Positions 1 through 12,905 of a stretch of DNA of 64,000 nucleotides are shown here, one piece after another. This DNA comes from Callorhinchus milii (taxonomy: Eukaryota), in assembly GCF_018977255.1 (NCBI RefSeq), contig NW_024704742.1, positions 28,708,001-28,772,000 on the forward strand. Direction: 5' to 3'. The notes below the pieces were generated by a model. It did no database searches, was not told where the DNA came from, and saw nothing but the letters and a program-made list of their open reading frames with translations. The translations under genes and the position numbers were made by a program. The stretch's first letter is position 1; the number at the start of each line of letters is the position of its first letter.

Positions 1-92
1 AGGAAAGTTGCCCAACATTTCGCCCTGCCAGGAATAGAACCCAGATCTCTCGCTTGCGAGGCAAGTCCTCTAACCACTGAGCTACAGGACTC
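1..92 (-). mobile_element. tRNA-derived SINE, 5' head (cut by window edge)
   Basis: Reverse complement of GGAGTCCTGTAGCTCAGTGGTTAGAG..., matching the full copies. Confidence 0.85.
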
Positions 93-97
93 CCTAG

Positions 98-470
98 TGT
101 AGGGAGAGAGCAGGTTGGAGAGATAGGGAGGTGCCAGAGTGTGAAGGGATGCAAGACTGAGAATCTTGAAATCGATCCTCTCTGTGATAGAGAGTCACTG
201 GAGTTTGACAAGGACTGGGATAATGGATGTATGAAGTTTAGTGCAGGTGAGAATGCGGGCGGTGAATTTTTGAATTAGTTGAATTTTGTGAATAGTGGAG
301 CAGGAGAGACCAGCAAGGAGGGAATTTACGTAGTTGAGGTGGGAGGTGACATCGGTGTGGATAAGGGTTTCCCCAGTTTTGAAGTGATATGGACAGAGGC
401 GGAGATACAGAGTGGTTAGGGGGAGAGCAGGAGGTGGTGCAGAATTTGAAAGAGTTGCAGAAAAACTAAA
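98..470 (-). mobile_element. Degraded L2-clade LINE fragment
   Basis: Similar to the better-preserved copies (aatcttgaaatcgatcctc...cactggag). Confidence 0.7.
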
Positions 471-1302
471 GTGACAAATTTAAAGAAAATAGAGACTATT
501 GTCTTGGTTACAGTCCAGCATTTGAAGGAGCCTTTTTCCTTCAGCTGGGCTAAGGTCCAAATTTATTCCCTGTAGACTTTCCTGATCGATTGGAATGCTA
601 AGTTATGTCTGTTATGATATTATTCCCAATTTTCATTCAATTGAACAATATAAAATTCTGTTAAAAGTTGGCTCTTTGTTTGAGTTTGTTGTACAACTTG
701 ATTGATCACCCATGGTAAACGCTGACCTTTGGATTTATAGCTCCTTATTGCAAGGTTTCATGTAAGAATTCTGAAGCCATCTTATTAACACTTATAATAC
801 TCTATTGCATTACTGAGTTGATCTTCCCAGGTTGGGCAGGATTTCTATTAAATTTATCGAACGTTCAAGTTTGCCTCATTCGACCTTTAGATTTAGAAAT
901 ATCCAATTTTCTTGTTCCAAATGTGCTCAGATACGTGAGGTGCCACTGATCTTATTGAGTCCGATTGCTTTTTGGTTGTTGCTACAGTTCCACTTAGGAC
1001 ATTACATTTTTATATTGTTTTAAATAAGAGGCTCTATTGGTGCTTGGATATGTAGTTTTGTGTTTTCCAAGGTCTACATTAAAAAAACTTGCCTGGATCA
1101 GGGAGAGGTCATGCTTTATTCACCTTGTCCAAAAATGTCACCAGAAATAAATTTAGATCTCTGTTCGCACGATACTAAAACCCCAGCTTGTTAGGGTAAT
1201 GAGGGAGGGGGAGATCCGGTCCAGTGAGCCGGAATTTCCCACTAAGCGTAATTACAATGCCAGTACCGACACTGTAATTGTTTGAATTCTGCGAGCAGAA
1301 GA

Positions 1303-1619
1303 TAATAATAATAATAATCCTTGCATTTGATATAGCGCTTTTCACGTCGAGAGGACATCCCAAAGCGCTTCACAGAATATACTGTAAAGTGAATTGACTG
1401 TATATTTGTGGGCGAACGCAACAGCCTATTGCGCACAGCAATGTCCCACCAACAGTCGTAGATTGAAAATGACCAATTTATTATTGTTTTTGTTTTTGGA
1501 GGGATTATTATTAGGCGTGTGGAGTAAGGAAAGTTGCCCAAGGTTTCGCACTGTCTGAAATTGAACTCAGGTCTCTCGCTTGCAAAGCGAGTGCTCTAAC
1601 CACTGAGCTACAGGACTCC
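1303..1619 (-). mobile_element. Full-length tRNA(Ala)-like SINE, short subtype
   Basis: A box TAGCTCAGTGG, B box GTTCAATT, LINE-like 3' end and (ATT)n tail; highly similar to 28555-28872. Confidence 0.92.
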
Positions 1620-3685
1620 AATAATGATAATCTTTGCATTTGTTATCGCGTCTTATCATGTCGGAAGCATGACTCAAAGTGTTTCACAGGAATTACTATG
1701 AGGTGGAGTGACTGTATATGTAGGCAAACACGCAGCGTAATTGTGCACAGCACAACGAATAAACTATTTTCTGCTTGCAGGATTCAAAGAATCGGAGTCA
1801 AAGTCGATATCCCTGGCCACTGTGAAGGCCAGCAAAGATGGTGAGACCTCAGTGTTGGTGAGTGCTAGGAGAGTTGGGAGTCAGCAGTCTACACTCACAG
1901 AGCCTGGCCTGGTCCAGTTAGGCTGGAATTCGGGATATCCGGAGTCCAGTAAATTGGGGGGGGGTTTACTGTAATATGACATCGCTTGCACTATGATCAC
2001 ATTGTCAGAGCACATCGCTCCTTCAAAATTGGGCAGCTCATAGTAAACCAAAGACATTTTTAATTTGAGTAAGTTGGCATTGATTAAAATTATGTTTGGA
2101 GAGCGTATGTTTACCTGCACTGCCAGTCTGTAATCAATGCAAAATCAATAAGTCTAAATTAATTCCATTTCTTTTTGAGAGGGTGGGAGGGAGGGAGGTT
2201 GGATTCAAAATTATTTATAGATTAAAATATGAGAGTTTGGACAAGCAGTAAGGCACCTGAGGCTTATTATAGATTAGTGCAACTCAGAATGATGATTTTC
2301 TCTCTGTCACAAACAAAGGAATGACCCTCTGCTTTGTTACTCATAGCTACATGACAAACCTGGCACTCAGCAATGGAGATCAATGCAACACAAATATTAA
2401 AAAAAGAACTTGCACACTGCTTTTATTTAACAACTCAAAAACTTTCACAGTACTTTTTGTCAAATGTATTGAAAGCCACTTTGTACACAGCAATAATGAT
2501 TGATTTGTTTGGAGGATTGTTGGCCAGAACGTAGCGTGAAACTCCCTTCCCACAAAATATACAGTCAATTCACATTCTGTGAAGCGGTTTGAGACGTGTC
2601 GACAAGGCACTTTGATAAGGCACTATTTCAAATGCAAGGATTATTATTATTATTCCCTTTTCAACTACCCTTCAACAGCTCCACAGGGACATTGATGGGA
2701 TTACGTATATGGAGCAATGGACCCTGTAAATACACATTCAGGAACAGTAAGTGCAGGTAAAGGTATCAGTGGTTATCAACAACAACAACTTGCATTCATA
2801 CAGCGCTTTCACACAGGGTAGTGTCTTGGAGCACTTATTGCAATCTTCAGCATTAGCTGCAGTGGAAAAAACTAAGGGATGACATACCTACAGGAAGATG
2901 GGAAAAGGCTGAACTATTGATTCTGCAAGCATAATTGTCTCATTTGCCACAATTTTCCTGAAATCAATTGACCCCAGAGCACCAAATCGTGATTAAAATA
3001 GCAGGAGTAGCTGAAGCTTAATCACAGCAAAACTCTGAAAACATCTCACAGGCTGCATTTAGGGAATGAATAGAACTGAAAGGATTCACCAATACAATGT
3101 TTAGAAAATGCAAATTCTGGTTTCATCTTTGTGAAGAAATATCTATCCACGATCAATACCCAAAGTGGAGATTCACATGATTTGTCTGAAAAACAAATGA
3201 GACTCATGTCTTTTTGTATTGCATTGCCCATATTCTCATTTCTAAACTTTTCACTTCACTGAACTGCAGTTATGAGGTTTGCGACTATCAATATAACAGA
3301 AACAAGCTTGCGAGGGCTATCATTTTGATGAATGATTTAGTGTCAACAAACCACAATATCAAACTATTATTATTTCCTGGTATCTCAAAAGGTTTCTAAG
3401 ATTATGATTGAATTTCAATTTATGAATCATGACGGATAGGTTCATCATCTGCAATAATGGCTGCGTTCATATTTTATGAAAATATTCACCAATTAGCTTT
3501 TTTGAAGCATTGAAGTTAATCCTACATGAACAGCGCTATCTAATATCTATTATTTTTGTTGTGCTGCTAGTTTGCTTCCAAAGACAATCTTCTAAGTCTA
3601 TAGTGTCCTAATGTCAAGTATTTTCGGTGACCTATCAACTTTGGAACTATTACCTCTACTGCACAAACAATACAAAACAGTATAA

Positions 3686-4155
3686 CTCACATTTGTATAA
3701 CGCATTTCATGTCAGGATGATGTCTCAAAGTGATTGGTAATGTTGGATGGGCACCCGAGGCTGGGTATGGCAGCCAGGAGAGAAGGGGAGAGGAAACATA
3801 ATTGAAAGCGCAATCAGAGTATGTTTTGAGATGTGCCTTTAATGAGGATAGGGAGGGAATGATTTGGATGGATTCCAGGATGTAGTTACAGAGAATGGGC
3901 AGAATGGCTGAAAGCCCATCTGCCAAAGATGCAGTGGATAGGGCAGTGGATGTGAAGTAGACCAATGTTTGAAGGGTTAAGACACGGGAGAGGCTGAGTC
4001 AGTTTACAGAGGTAGGGTGAGGTGAAATCATGGAAAAATTTGAAATGTGACAACAAGGATCTTGAACTTGAGCTGTGGAGGAATGGGGAGCGAGTAGAGC
4101 CAAGCGAAGATGGGGGTATGGGCTCAGGAGGAAAGCACATGGGCTGCAGAGTTCT
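3686..4155 (-). mobile_element. Degraded L2-clade LINE 3' end
   Basis: Translates in pieces to SHFKF...SPYLCKL, GRWAFSHSA and SLSSLKAHLKT. Confidence 0.75.
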
Positions 4156-5917
4156 GAATATAATCTTTGCATTTGCTTGCATTTGATACAGTGCCTTATC
4201 ATGTCTTTGAGATGTCTCAAAGCGCTTCACACAATCATCTGCTGCTGCCGCTAGAGTTTACCGGAAATTATCTTACCACTTCCTTCCCAGCAGAGTAGCA
4301 AAGGTGGCACTTCCTCCCTCTCCACTTAGAGCTGCCAATCACCTAAGCCTCCACTAATTGGTCCATTAGACAGGAAGGAGACAAATTAGCGGAGGCTTAG
4401 GTGATTGACATCTCTAACAGGATAGGCATTCACAAGCTCCTTCAGCTATCAATCAATCGTGATTTGATTCCTCCCATTCCCTCCCTTCTTCTTCCCCATT
4501 CCTCCACCCCTTCACTGATTGACAGCACAACTCCAGTCTCTCGTGAATTGCTGGAGTCCACTGTCAATCAATCTTGGACTTCTCCCAACTACATCCTGGA
4601 GTTTAAAGAGGATTCTACTCTACTATAAAGTGAATTGACTGCAGATGTTGTGTCTGGATGAACAAACATGCTTACCACGCTATGTATAACTTTTTTAAAA
4701 ATATGTTGACAATCCAGCAAATTACAATAACAAATAATTGGATACGAGTTCAGACTGTAATTCAATCCCATGGTTCTGTTGACATTCATAAGTAACTTGA
4801 TGGCATTGGTTGGTCAGTGGGTTAGTACTTTGTGTTTTCACCTTGAAAAGCTGGGCTTGATTCCAAATCAAACCAATGAGTGGATAACTTTTCTCTCTAC
4901 TGACCTAAAATGAGTTAAGGCACAATTAACTGGGTATCCACTGGGTATTCAGTCCACAGGACAAATCTCTTTACAGACGGAATATCATCCAAGCAGTTAG
5001 TATGGTCAATGTAGGAAATGAGAATGTCACACTGGTGCAGTGAAAATGCTTCCCTATAAGGATCAAATAATGCCACCAGTGTACAAACTGATTTTGACAG
5101 TACCTGCTTCCCCAGGGCTCCTGTGGTTTATCCCATTGAGTAGTTGGAGTGCCTGATATCATATTCAAACTCCTCAAACATTATCCAGGTCACTTTAATT
5201 GCATGACCACATCAATCTATAAGCATCCTGCTTCTTAACTGTCTGAAATGCTGATCCTTGATGTCAATTTATAGTCAATTGAAGGTCAGGTTTTCACATT
5301 ATGACTTTAAGCTTGGAATTCTTGAGGTAGAAGGAAATAGAAGTGTTCACTATTTAAATTTTAAAACGCAGTGTGGATAGAGTGCCTTGGACTCATTCTC
5401 TCCTTCCTCTTGTTTAAGACTGGTCTCAAGACACATTTCTATGACCCCTCCCATGCCCTTTAGTTCCTATCCCCAGCTCTGCTTCCCAGCCAGCAGTGTC
5501 AAGCACTTTGAGACGTCCTCCCAATGTGAAAAGTACTGTATGAATGTAAATTATATTGTAATATTAGAGTTTTTTTCAGTGTCAAAGTGTAGAATGGAAA
5601 TGGAATGAATAATCTGACCCAGGAGGCCTGACATTCTCTGGAACTACGAGAGATACAAAGGTTAAAACACACTGTTAGGTAAAGCAAAGAGAATTTTGCT
5701 CTGCATTTCTCTATCCTATATCTGATCTATTAGTACTCAGGACTTACAGTGGAAACTAAAAATGGATAGTGTACCATTCTACAGCAACGCTATCCTTTAT
5801 CTTGATAATCCCAAGCAACCTCCTAAACAATATATAATATACATACAGTATATATAAAAATAAACTACTCTGCTGTTTATAATGTTATCTGAACTGTTTG
5901 ATCAAATATGTGTTTAT

Positions 5918-6338
5918 TTGACACTCTCACCTCTGAGTCAGAAGGTTGTGAGTTCAAGCCCCATGTCCGGAATTTGAACTCACATAGTCAAAGATGATAC
6001 TCTAATGCAGTGCTGGGGATGGGGGGGTGGCATTGACAGATGTATTGTGTTTTGGATGAGATGTCAAACCGAGGTCTCATCTATCTTTTCAGGTTGTCAT
6101 TAAAAATCCTATGGCACTATTCGAAAAGAGAAGGGAATTTCTACAGGTGTCCTGGCCAACAATCCCCCCAGATAAAATAATCATTTGTTTCATGGCTGGA
6201 CACTGCTGTGCGCAATTGGGCTGCTGGATTCACTTGCAATACACAGTCACTCCATTTCACTGTAAATCCTGAGAAGTGCTTTGAAACATCCTTCTGACTT
6301 GATTAGGCGATATACCAAATGCAAGGATTATTATTATA
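5918..6338 (+). mobile_element. Old Deu-domain SINE (SacSINE1/AmnSINE1-like core)
   Basis: tRNA-like head (ctctgagtcagaaggttgtgagttcaagccc), Deu-like core ttggatgagatgtcaaaccgagg...ggcactattcgaa...ggtgtcctggccaac, then the shared LINE-type tail. Family call is from recalled consensus. Confidence 0.75.
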
Positions 6339-6914
6339 CTGGTCTATTTCTTCTCTGTATGTGAGCACAACAGAGCATATCTCACTATTTTAGGGCTAGG
6401 AGTTAAGTTCCCTCAGTCTTTGCATTGCAGAAAATCTCATCCTGCACAAGAAACATTCCCTTGGCAACCAAACCACCACCAATGAACAGGAGGCCTACAC
6501 TAACACTAACCATTTTTTGTTTGTGCAGAATTATGTAATATTTTTTAAATGCGTTAGGGTCAGTAATTTGATTCGCAGCACAATCCTATGACCCTGCAAA
6601 GCATTATATGAACAGGTGGTTAAAGGCTGAATCATCAAAGTAGAACTCACCAAAGTTTTAATATAGAAATAAATAAACTGATCCCTGCACTCATTTCTAA
6701 TATTAATTTTCGCGATGCTTTAATCTGTATAAATCTGCACACTATTTTTTATCACTTCATTTTATCTATTCATTTCATATTCATGCAGGCATCCTGTCGG
6801 GGATCCATTGGTTTCAAATATATATTAAGTGGACAGTCTCATGTGCGATCTGAGTCAATTCACCCAAGAGTACATTATTCTAGTAGACACATATTTTTCT
6901 CACCACCAGTGTTT

Positions 6915-7125
6915 TCCCGCTCCTTCCTTTTCAAATAGTGCAAAGGGATCTTTGATATCCACCTCTCAGGTAAATGATTCATCCAAAGGAATGCACCTCC
7001 AACAATGCAGCACATCCTCAGCACTGTATTGGAGTATTAGCTTAAACTGGAGTTCAAGTCTCGATGTGGGGCTTTTACTCACAAACTTTTGATGCAGAAG
7101 CGAGAATGAGACTAGCTGAACTAGA
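6915..7125 (-). mobile_element. Degraded Deu-domain SINE fragment
   Basis: catccaaaggaatgcacctccaacaatgcagcac...cagcactgtattggagt is the reverse complement of the Deu-like core. Confidence 0.6.
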
Positions 7126-8929
7126 CTCACAGCCAAGAAACTACCTGAGATCAGCTAACTTGACACAGCACAAACATTCCCAATCTTTATGGATTTGGAT
7201 ACTCACTGGATAATCTTGCTGAAGCATCTGGGGAGCATCCACTTTATACTTAATACAATAGCTTAACTTATTAATTAACATAGAGTGTAATAAGTGGGGA
7301 TATCTAAAGGGAATTTTTTTAATTAAGGAAACACTCTACAGTTCTTTTAACCCCTTGAAACCACCAAATATTAATGTACAGTAAGACTATACAGATTCCA
7401 TGAAGTAATTGCAAGTACATATGTCATGCACATTATTGCTGATTCATGCAAACTCCATTCTGAAAGTGGATCACTTTGAGTGGAGTCTCCTGAGTTGATG
7501 CAATGCACATCTGGTTTCTTTATTAAACAAACCCCACTAGAAATTGCTACATTTGAGACTAAAAATTTGAAGTTAATTACAAGCATTGACAAACATTTTG
7601 AATCTGGCTCATTTTTGATCATTTTAGTTCTTTCTCTTTTAGTGAGACATCTCACATATGCCACACTTTATTTTGCTGCTGTTTTATATGGCAGGTAACT
7701 ATTAATACTGGAAGATGATACATTTTAAACACGCCGTAGTTCTTTAAAACCCTCGAAACCACCAAATATTAATGTATAATAAGACTATCATACCCAGCTA
7801 GCAGTGTCAATCGCTTTGAGACATCCTGCTGGTGTATAAGGCATTATATAAATGTAAATTGCATTATATAATTTTACAAGAGTGCAATAATTAGAAATCA
7901 TATCATTTCACGATATTATTAATTCAGAATCCATTCTGTGCTCAATGAAAATAGTATTAAAAGATTTATTTCTGAAACTGAGCTTATATTTCTTTTCCCG
8001 CTTCCAAGATGAACAAACAACCTTGAAACCTTAACAAATAGTCCTTCCCTTTGTCTCAGCCCACAAATCGCATCAACATCCATGCTAAAACTTTGAACTT
8101 AATGATAGGGTCTTTGATTTCAGTATCATAAACACATCCAGTATATTACGATCAGGGAGCAGTAATAATCGATGTGCTCCTTAATAAGTAAGATGGGCAC
8201 TTGATGGATTGCAGCAAGCAGCTCTGCTGAGTGCTACAATCGATCACCAAGCCATCACCTCTACAAGTTGTAAACATTCTGCTTCTAAGCGCTATCCAAT
8301 TCAAATATTTTACCTCTTTTCGCTTTGTCACACTACCTTCAAATAGCCAATTATTATTTTTTTTCCTGTGATCATATAGATGGACATTATTTCCACGAGC
8401 GGCTATAGTACATAGTCCATGTAGAAATGCCTTTAGGCACAACACTAAAGCTATTTACACCGAGGATGCATTTGGAGGGAAAGTACTATTGGAGAGGGTA
8501 TCATAGTTAAAGTATGTAAATTAAAAGCCGAACTATAAATGGATAGCTGGGACTGTCAGTACACGAATGGACAGGTTCTCCTGACATTGTAATCTAGGGG
8601 AGTTTTATGATCAGAGTGTCTTCTAATTCGGATGCTGCACACTGTTGTCTACCCTCTAAAGCTGTTTGTTATATTGCAGGTCCAAAGACTCGAAATGTAC
8701 CACCAAGCTGGAAGTATTACCACACTACAAGCCCCTGCTGCTCTTACATTGTCTTCAGACTTCCAAAGGAGTCTTGTGACAAATAGCACCCACTGGCCAG
8801 GAGATATTTGTGAATTACAAGTGGCGTTGTTCCTGGTCAATTCGCAACTTCACTACCAATATTTGGGTTGTGGAGATCACAAATAAAGATACCAGTCCAC
8901 CAATACAGATTACAGTACAATTTATATCA

Positions 8930-9308
8930 TCCTCGCCTTCAAGGCCCTCCACGACTTTACCCCTCCCTACCTTTGACCTGCTGACCCCATATAAACCTGT
9001 CCACTTCCTCTGCTCAGCAGGCTCTGGCCTGCTCCAGGTCCTCCACCCAGCTCACTCCACTATCAGCGGCTGGGCCTTCAGCCTTTCTGCCCCCACCTTA
9101 TGGAACTCCATCCCACATTCCCTTAACCTCGGTCCCTCCTTCTCTTGTCTCCTTCAAGGCGTGTTTCAAAACCCTCTTCTTTGATCAAGCCGTAAGCCAC
9201 CCACCTATCCTCCACCCTCACCGATCCCGACCCTAAGTTTGGCTCCAAATCCCTGATTGTGCACCTTGGGACTTCCTCCTGACGTGAAAGGTGCTATACA
9301 AATGCAAC
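8930..9308 (+). mobile_element. L2-clade LINE 3' end
   Basis: DLLTPYKPVHFLCSAGSGLLQV...GWAFSLSAPTLWNSIP followed by the stem-loop tail. Confidence 0.85.
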
Positions 9309-9599
9309 AGTACATGGTCAATATAAGAATTTCTTTAGATACAACACGAAAACCATTTGCACCAAGGATGTATATGGAGGGATGCTGCAGCATCAGCACT
9401 TTCAATACTGCAGTCAAGTCTCTTCCATATCGAGGCAATTGGAGAACTGAAACCCAGTGCTGTTTTGGAAAATTTATGGCTGACAAAACACCAATTTTAC
9501 AGTGTGAGTCTGTCTCCATAAGATCTTGTAAAGTAAAGGAGGCATTATTTTCTAACCTCTTAATCTGAAGGCATTGATTTTTGCTGGGATTTGGTTGCA

Positions 9600-9802
9600 A
9601 CCATCTGGTACCTGGACCAAGTGATGCAAAGCCAAACGGTGATTTTTGGCAAGATGAGATGATGAGTATCGCAGCCAAGCCTAGTCCAGTCATCATGTAA
9701 TCTCTGCAAGTTGTTTTTTTTCCAGCAGGGGTCACTGGGAAGTGATCAGACAGATTTTTCTCCTCCCTAATTTAGGGGTTGTTAAGGCCAAATGCAGCAC
9801 TA
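9600..9802 (-). mobile_element. AmnSINE2-like relic
   Basis: ccagcaggggtcactggg...gatcag...gatttttctcctcccta...aggccaaatgcagcac is the reverse complement of the same family. Confidence 0.55.
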
Positions 9803-12689
9803 TAATTGCAATTCTAACTGGGATGAACAAGTAGTTGGTTTAATTTATGTTGGGGGTTGTTTTATTTCCAGTAATACAATAAGAGTCCTGATTCAATACA
9901 GTACCTTTTCACATCTCACTCAAAATGCTTCAAAGGATTTAGTGCAAGGAGTAGCGACTGTGTATTTTGTAGGCGAACAGCTGTCAGTGGGGTATTGCTC
10001 ATCTGTGTATTCCCTATCATTGATAGGTGATGATTGTTATAATGAAGGGTTAACAATTGTGAAGTTTAGTAATTCATAGTTTTCAATTGCTTACAAGACA
10101 ATTGTGTGTCCAGTACCTCCAGTTACCTGCTATCATGCAGTTGCAGTGAGTGGGTATTGAGCCTGGAAACAGTAAGACTCACGATTGGTTTCCAAGTGTA
10201 TATTCGTGATTATTACTGATAGAACTGGAAAAGTAATCATGTCAGGGCAAAACCTATAATAGAAATTGTGATGTTTGGGTTCCCGGTATGAAATGTCCAC
10301 AGGTTTGTTTAATCCATTCTCTGGTGATTTCTTTTTACATTATAGATCTATTGAAAGTAAACTTGAAAAAGCATATCTATTTTCTCTTTACTTACCTTGG
10401 CTGAAATTCAAGCCTGTCACGAAATGAAATCTACTGTGTATAGCATTGCAGTTTGGTGTTTCCTCTCCAAGAAAGTCAAGTTGAGCATTTTTGTGTCATC
10501 TTTCATAGGGTTGTAACTGGAAGATAGTGACTCATTTCTGTAGCATTGCTATTATCGTTGTGTTCTAAACATACTTAAACATCAGAATATAGGGATGAGA
10601 ATAATCTGTATAAGGCTGAATCACCTATGGTGTAAAACTCCAGCATACAGTAGACTGCAGAATGAATTGACCATGGGAACTTTCTGGACTGGGACATCAT
10701 GGGAACAATTCTTTTAACAGAAGTTCTAAAAAAAATATTTGTGGCAAATAACATTACAGTATTTTTCCCTTTGACCTAGATTACACATCTGCTTGCCTTA
10801 GTAAATTGGCATTCTTATTTTACTTACTCTGGCAGCAAGTGCACTTTAACATTACGATCCCAGAGGGTCTCAAGAGCACAAACATATCCCTTGGCTGGCG
10901 TAAAACTAAACCCCCTTCCCAGCGAATGAATTCAAGGGAAATGCCTGCTGCATTATAAAACTTTGAGTGAAGCAATGCAAATCACCAGGCACATTCCAAG
11001 AACACAATATGAATTTATTCCTGTGAATTGTGAACAGCTCAAGGTGTTGTGGCCCCCAGGAAGCAATTTAGAATAAATAAACTTCACTGGCAGGCCAACA
11101 GGTTTCCGTAAGTTCAAACCTCAAGTTAATGCTGCGAGGGTAAATGAGCAATATCGAGTTGCATCTGTTTGCAAAGAACTCGGTAGGTTGCATAATAAAC
11201 AAGAAAACATCCATGCATGACCTTTACACTTAAAGTGAAATGGATGGCATTGTACTTACGTCTTAAACAGACACTGCCCCATTGTTTGCTGATACTGTGC
11301 GTAGTAATCTAAGACAGTGTCTTCTTTGAAACAGGAGAGCCATCATCCCGCGTAACGCAGTTTTGACATAAGCAATGAAAGGCACTTTGGTAGTAGCTTA
11401 CATCTTTGGGCTTGAGTTTATCAAGCATTACTTATTGCAGCAAATTGGGTTTGCTGGAAGAAAAACAAGCTCTTTTTATAGCAAGTTCAGTTTTGTGCAG
11501 CTGTTATTGTAATAATGAGTGGAATTGACAACGTCTGTGTGTCTTGTTTAACTTGGTTAAATGATGATAAACCCAAACCTGTGCAGTATTTCTATAGCTG
11601 AACCCAGCTGTGTGGAAAGTTAAAGTATTCTAAGTAAATTTAGTCAGCCATAGTAAGAGTAAGTCTTCAGGGATCAGTCACTGTCTTTATTTATGGATCC
11701 ATGAAGCTTTGCCACAGCAGTTGAACTCCATTTGTACAGAAACTGTATGGGATTTTTAGAGGACTGAGGAATTTTAATGAGATAGTTTGATAGATTTGAA
11801 TTTTTGACAGCTATGAACTACAGCTTAGGTAACCAGGCAAAGGGAGAGAGGGAGAAAGAAAGAAAATTGGCTCTTTAACATGCAGCATGCACACAGAAAC
11901 AGATAAGGATGTTGTCTGAGATGTCCTATATCTAAACTATTTTTGAAAGGTTGGAATCTGTGCTTACTCACTGAATACAACGTTTGGATTACATGCACTT
12001 TTCCAATAATCCATCAAGAAAATAATAGTGTAATTGTAGCATGTGTGGCTGCTTCATTTTACTTATCAAGATGAGTATTTGATAGGAAGAATCACTTTTG
12101 GCATTCTTCCATCAAATTGTTAAGGCATCAAATCCATGCAAGAGTCTTCCTCAGAAGAAAAGGCATCAGAGATATTACAGCCTTGTTTATGTAAAGAATA
12201 ATGTCTGATAAATGTTTTTAAACCTAACCTAGGTGTTTTATAATATAAATATATATCACATAAAGAAAACAAACAGACAGAGGTTTGGAATATTAAATTG
12301 ATATAGTTCTGCATGAATCAATATCAAGAATCTCTTTAGTAAAACAAAAATCCAAATGGGCCTAGAAAATCACACCAGACATTTATATGGACCTTTGATT
12401 GTAAATATGTCTTCAATCATAAGTAAAGAGGCTTACGTGCATCATTTAGAATGGATGTGAAATCTTCAGGACTTCTGATGTGAAATGCAAACATTATTTT
12501 CTCTNCCCCCACCAGCTTCCTTGACAATATCTAGAATTTTGAATCAAGAATGTTGCATTTCATTGTTTTTGTTCCTCCAATTTTCTCCCCTTTTCTCTTT
12601 TCCTTCCTCAGGGAGTACACCAACAGTTGTGCAAATCCAGATGTACAATTTCAGACAATGGATGTTGATAGGTTATTTGACCTTGAGGA

Positions 12690-12905
12690 AATCAAATCTG
12701 GTTGCCTTTCAATGCCACTAAGCATACCTTTTAGTAGAGGTTACCAGATAGCTATCAGGACCAGGAACATGGCTGATTTATAGATAGCTTAGCCCAATGA
12801 AACTGAGACAAGAGCACACCTCCCAACATCATCCAGAATGAAATTAGTTAACTCAGGGATCAAACTTGCAATCTTCCTCTCATGTACCATCATGTGCTTA
12901 GCTCA
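12690..12905 (-). mobile_element. AmnSINE2-like relic, more degraded
   Basis: gaggttaccagatagctatcaggaccaggaacatggctgattt...cagggatcaaact follows the same motif order. Confidence 0.45.

Noticed and set aside
12505..12505. Single N base
   Set aside because: Assembly ambiguity, not biological.
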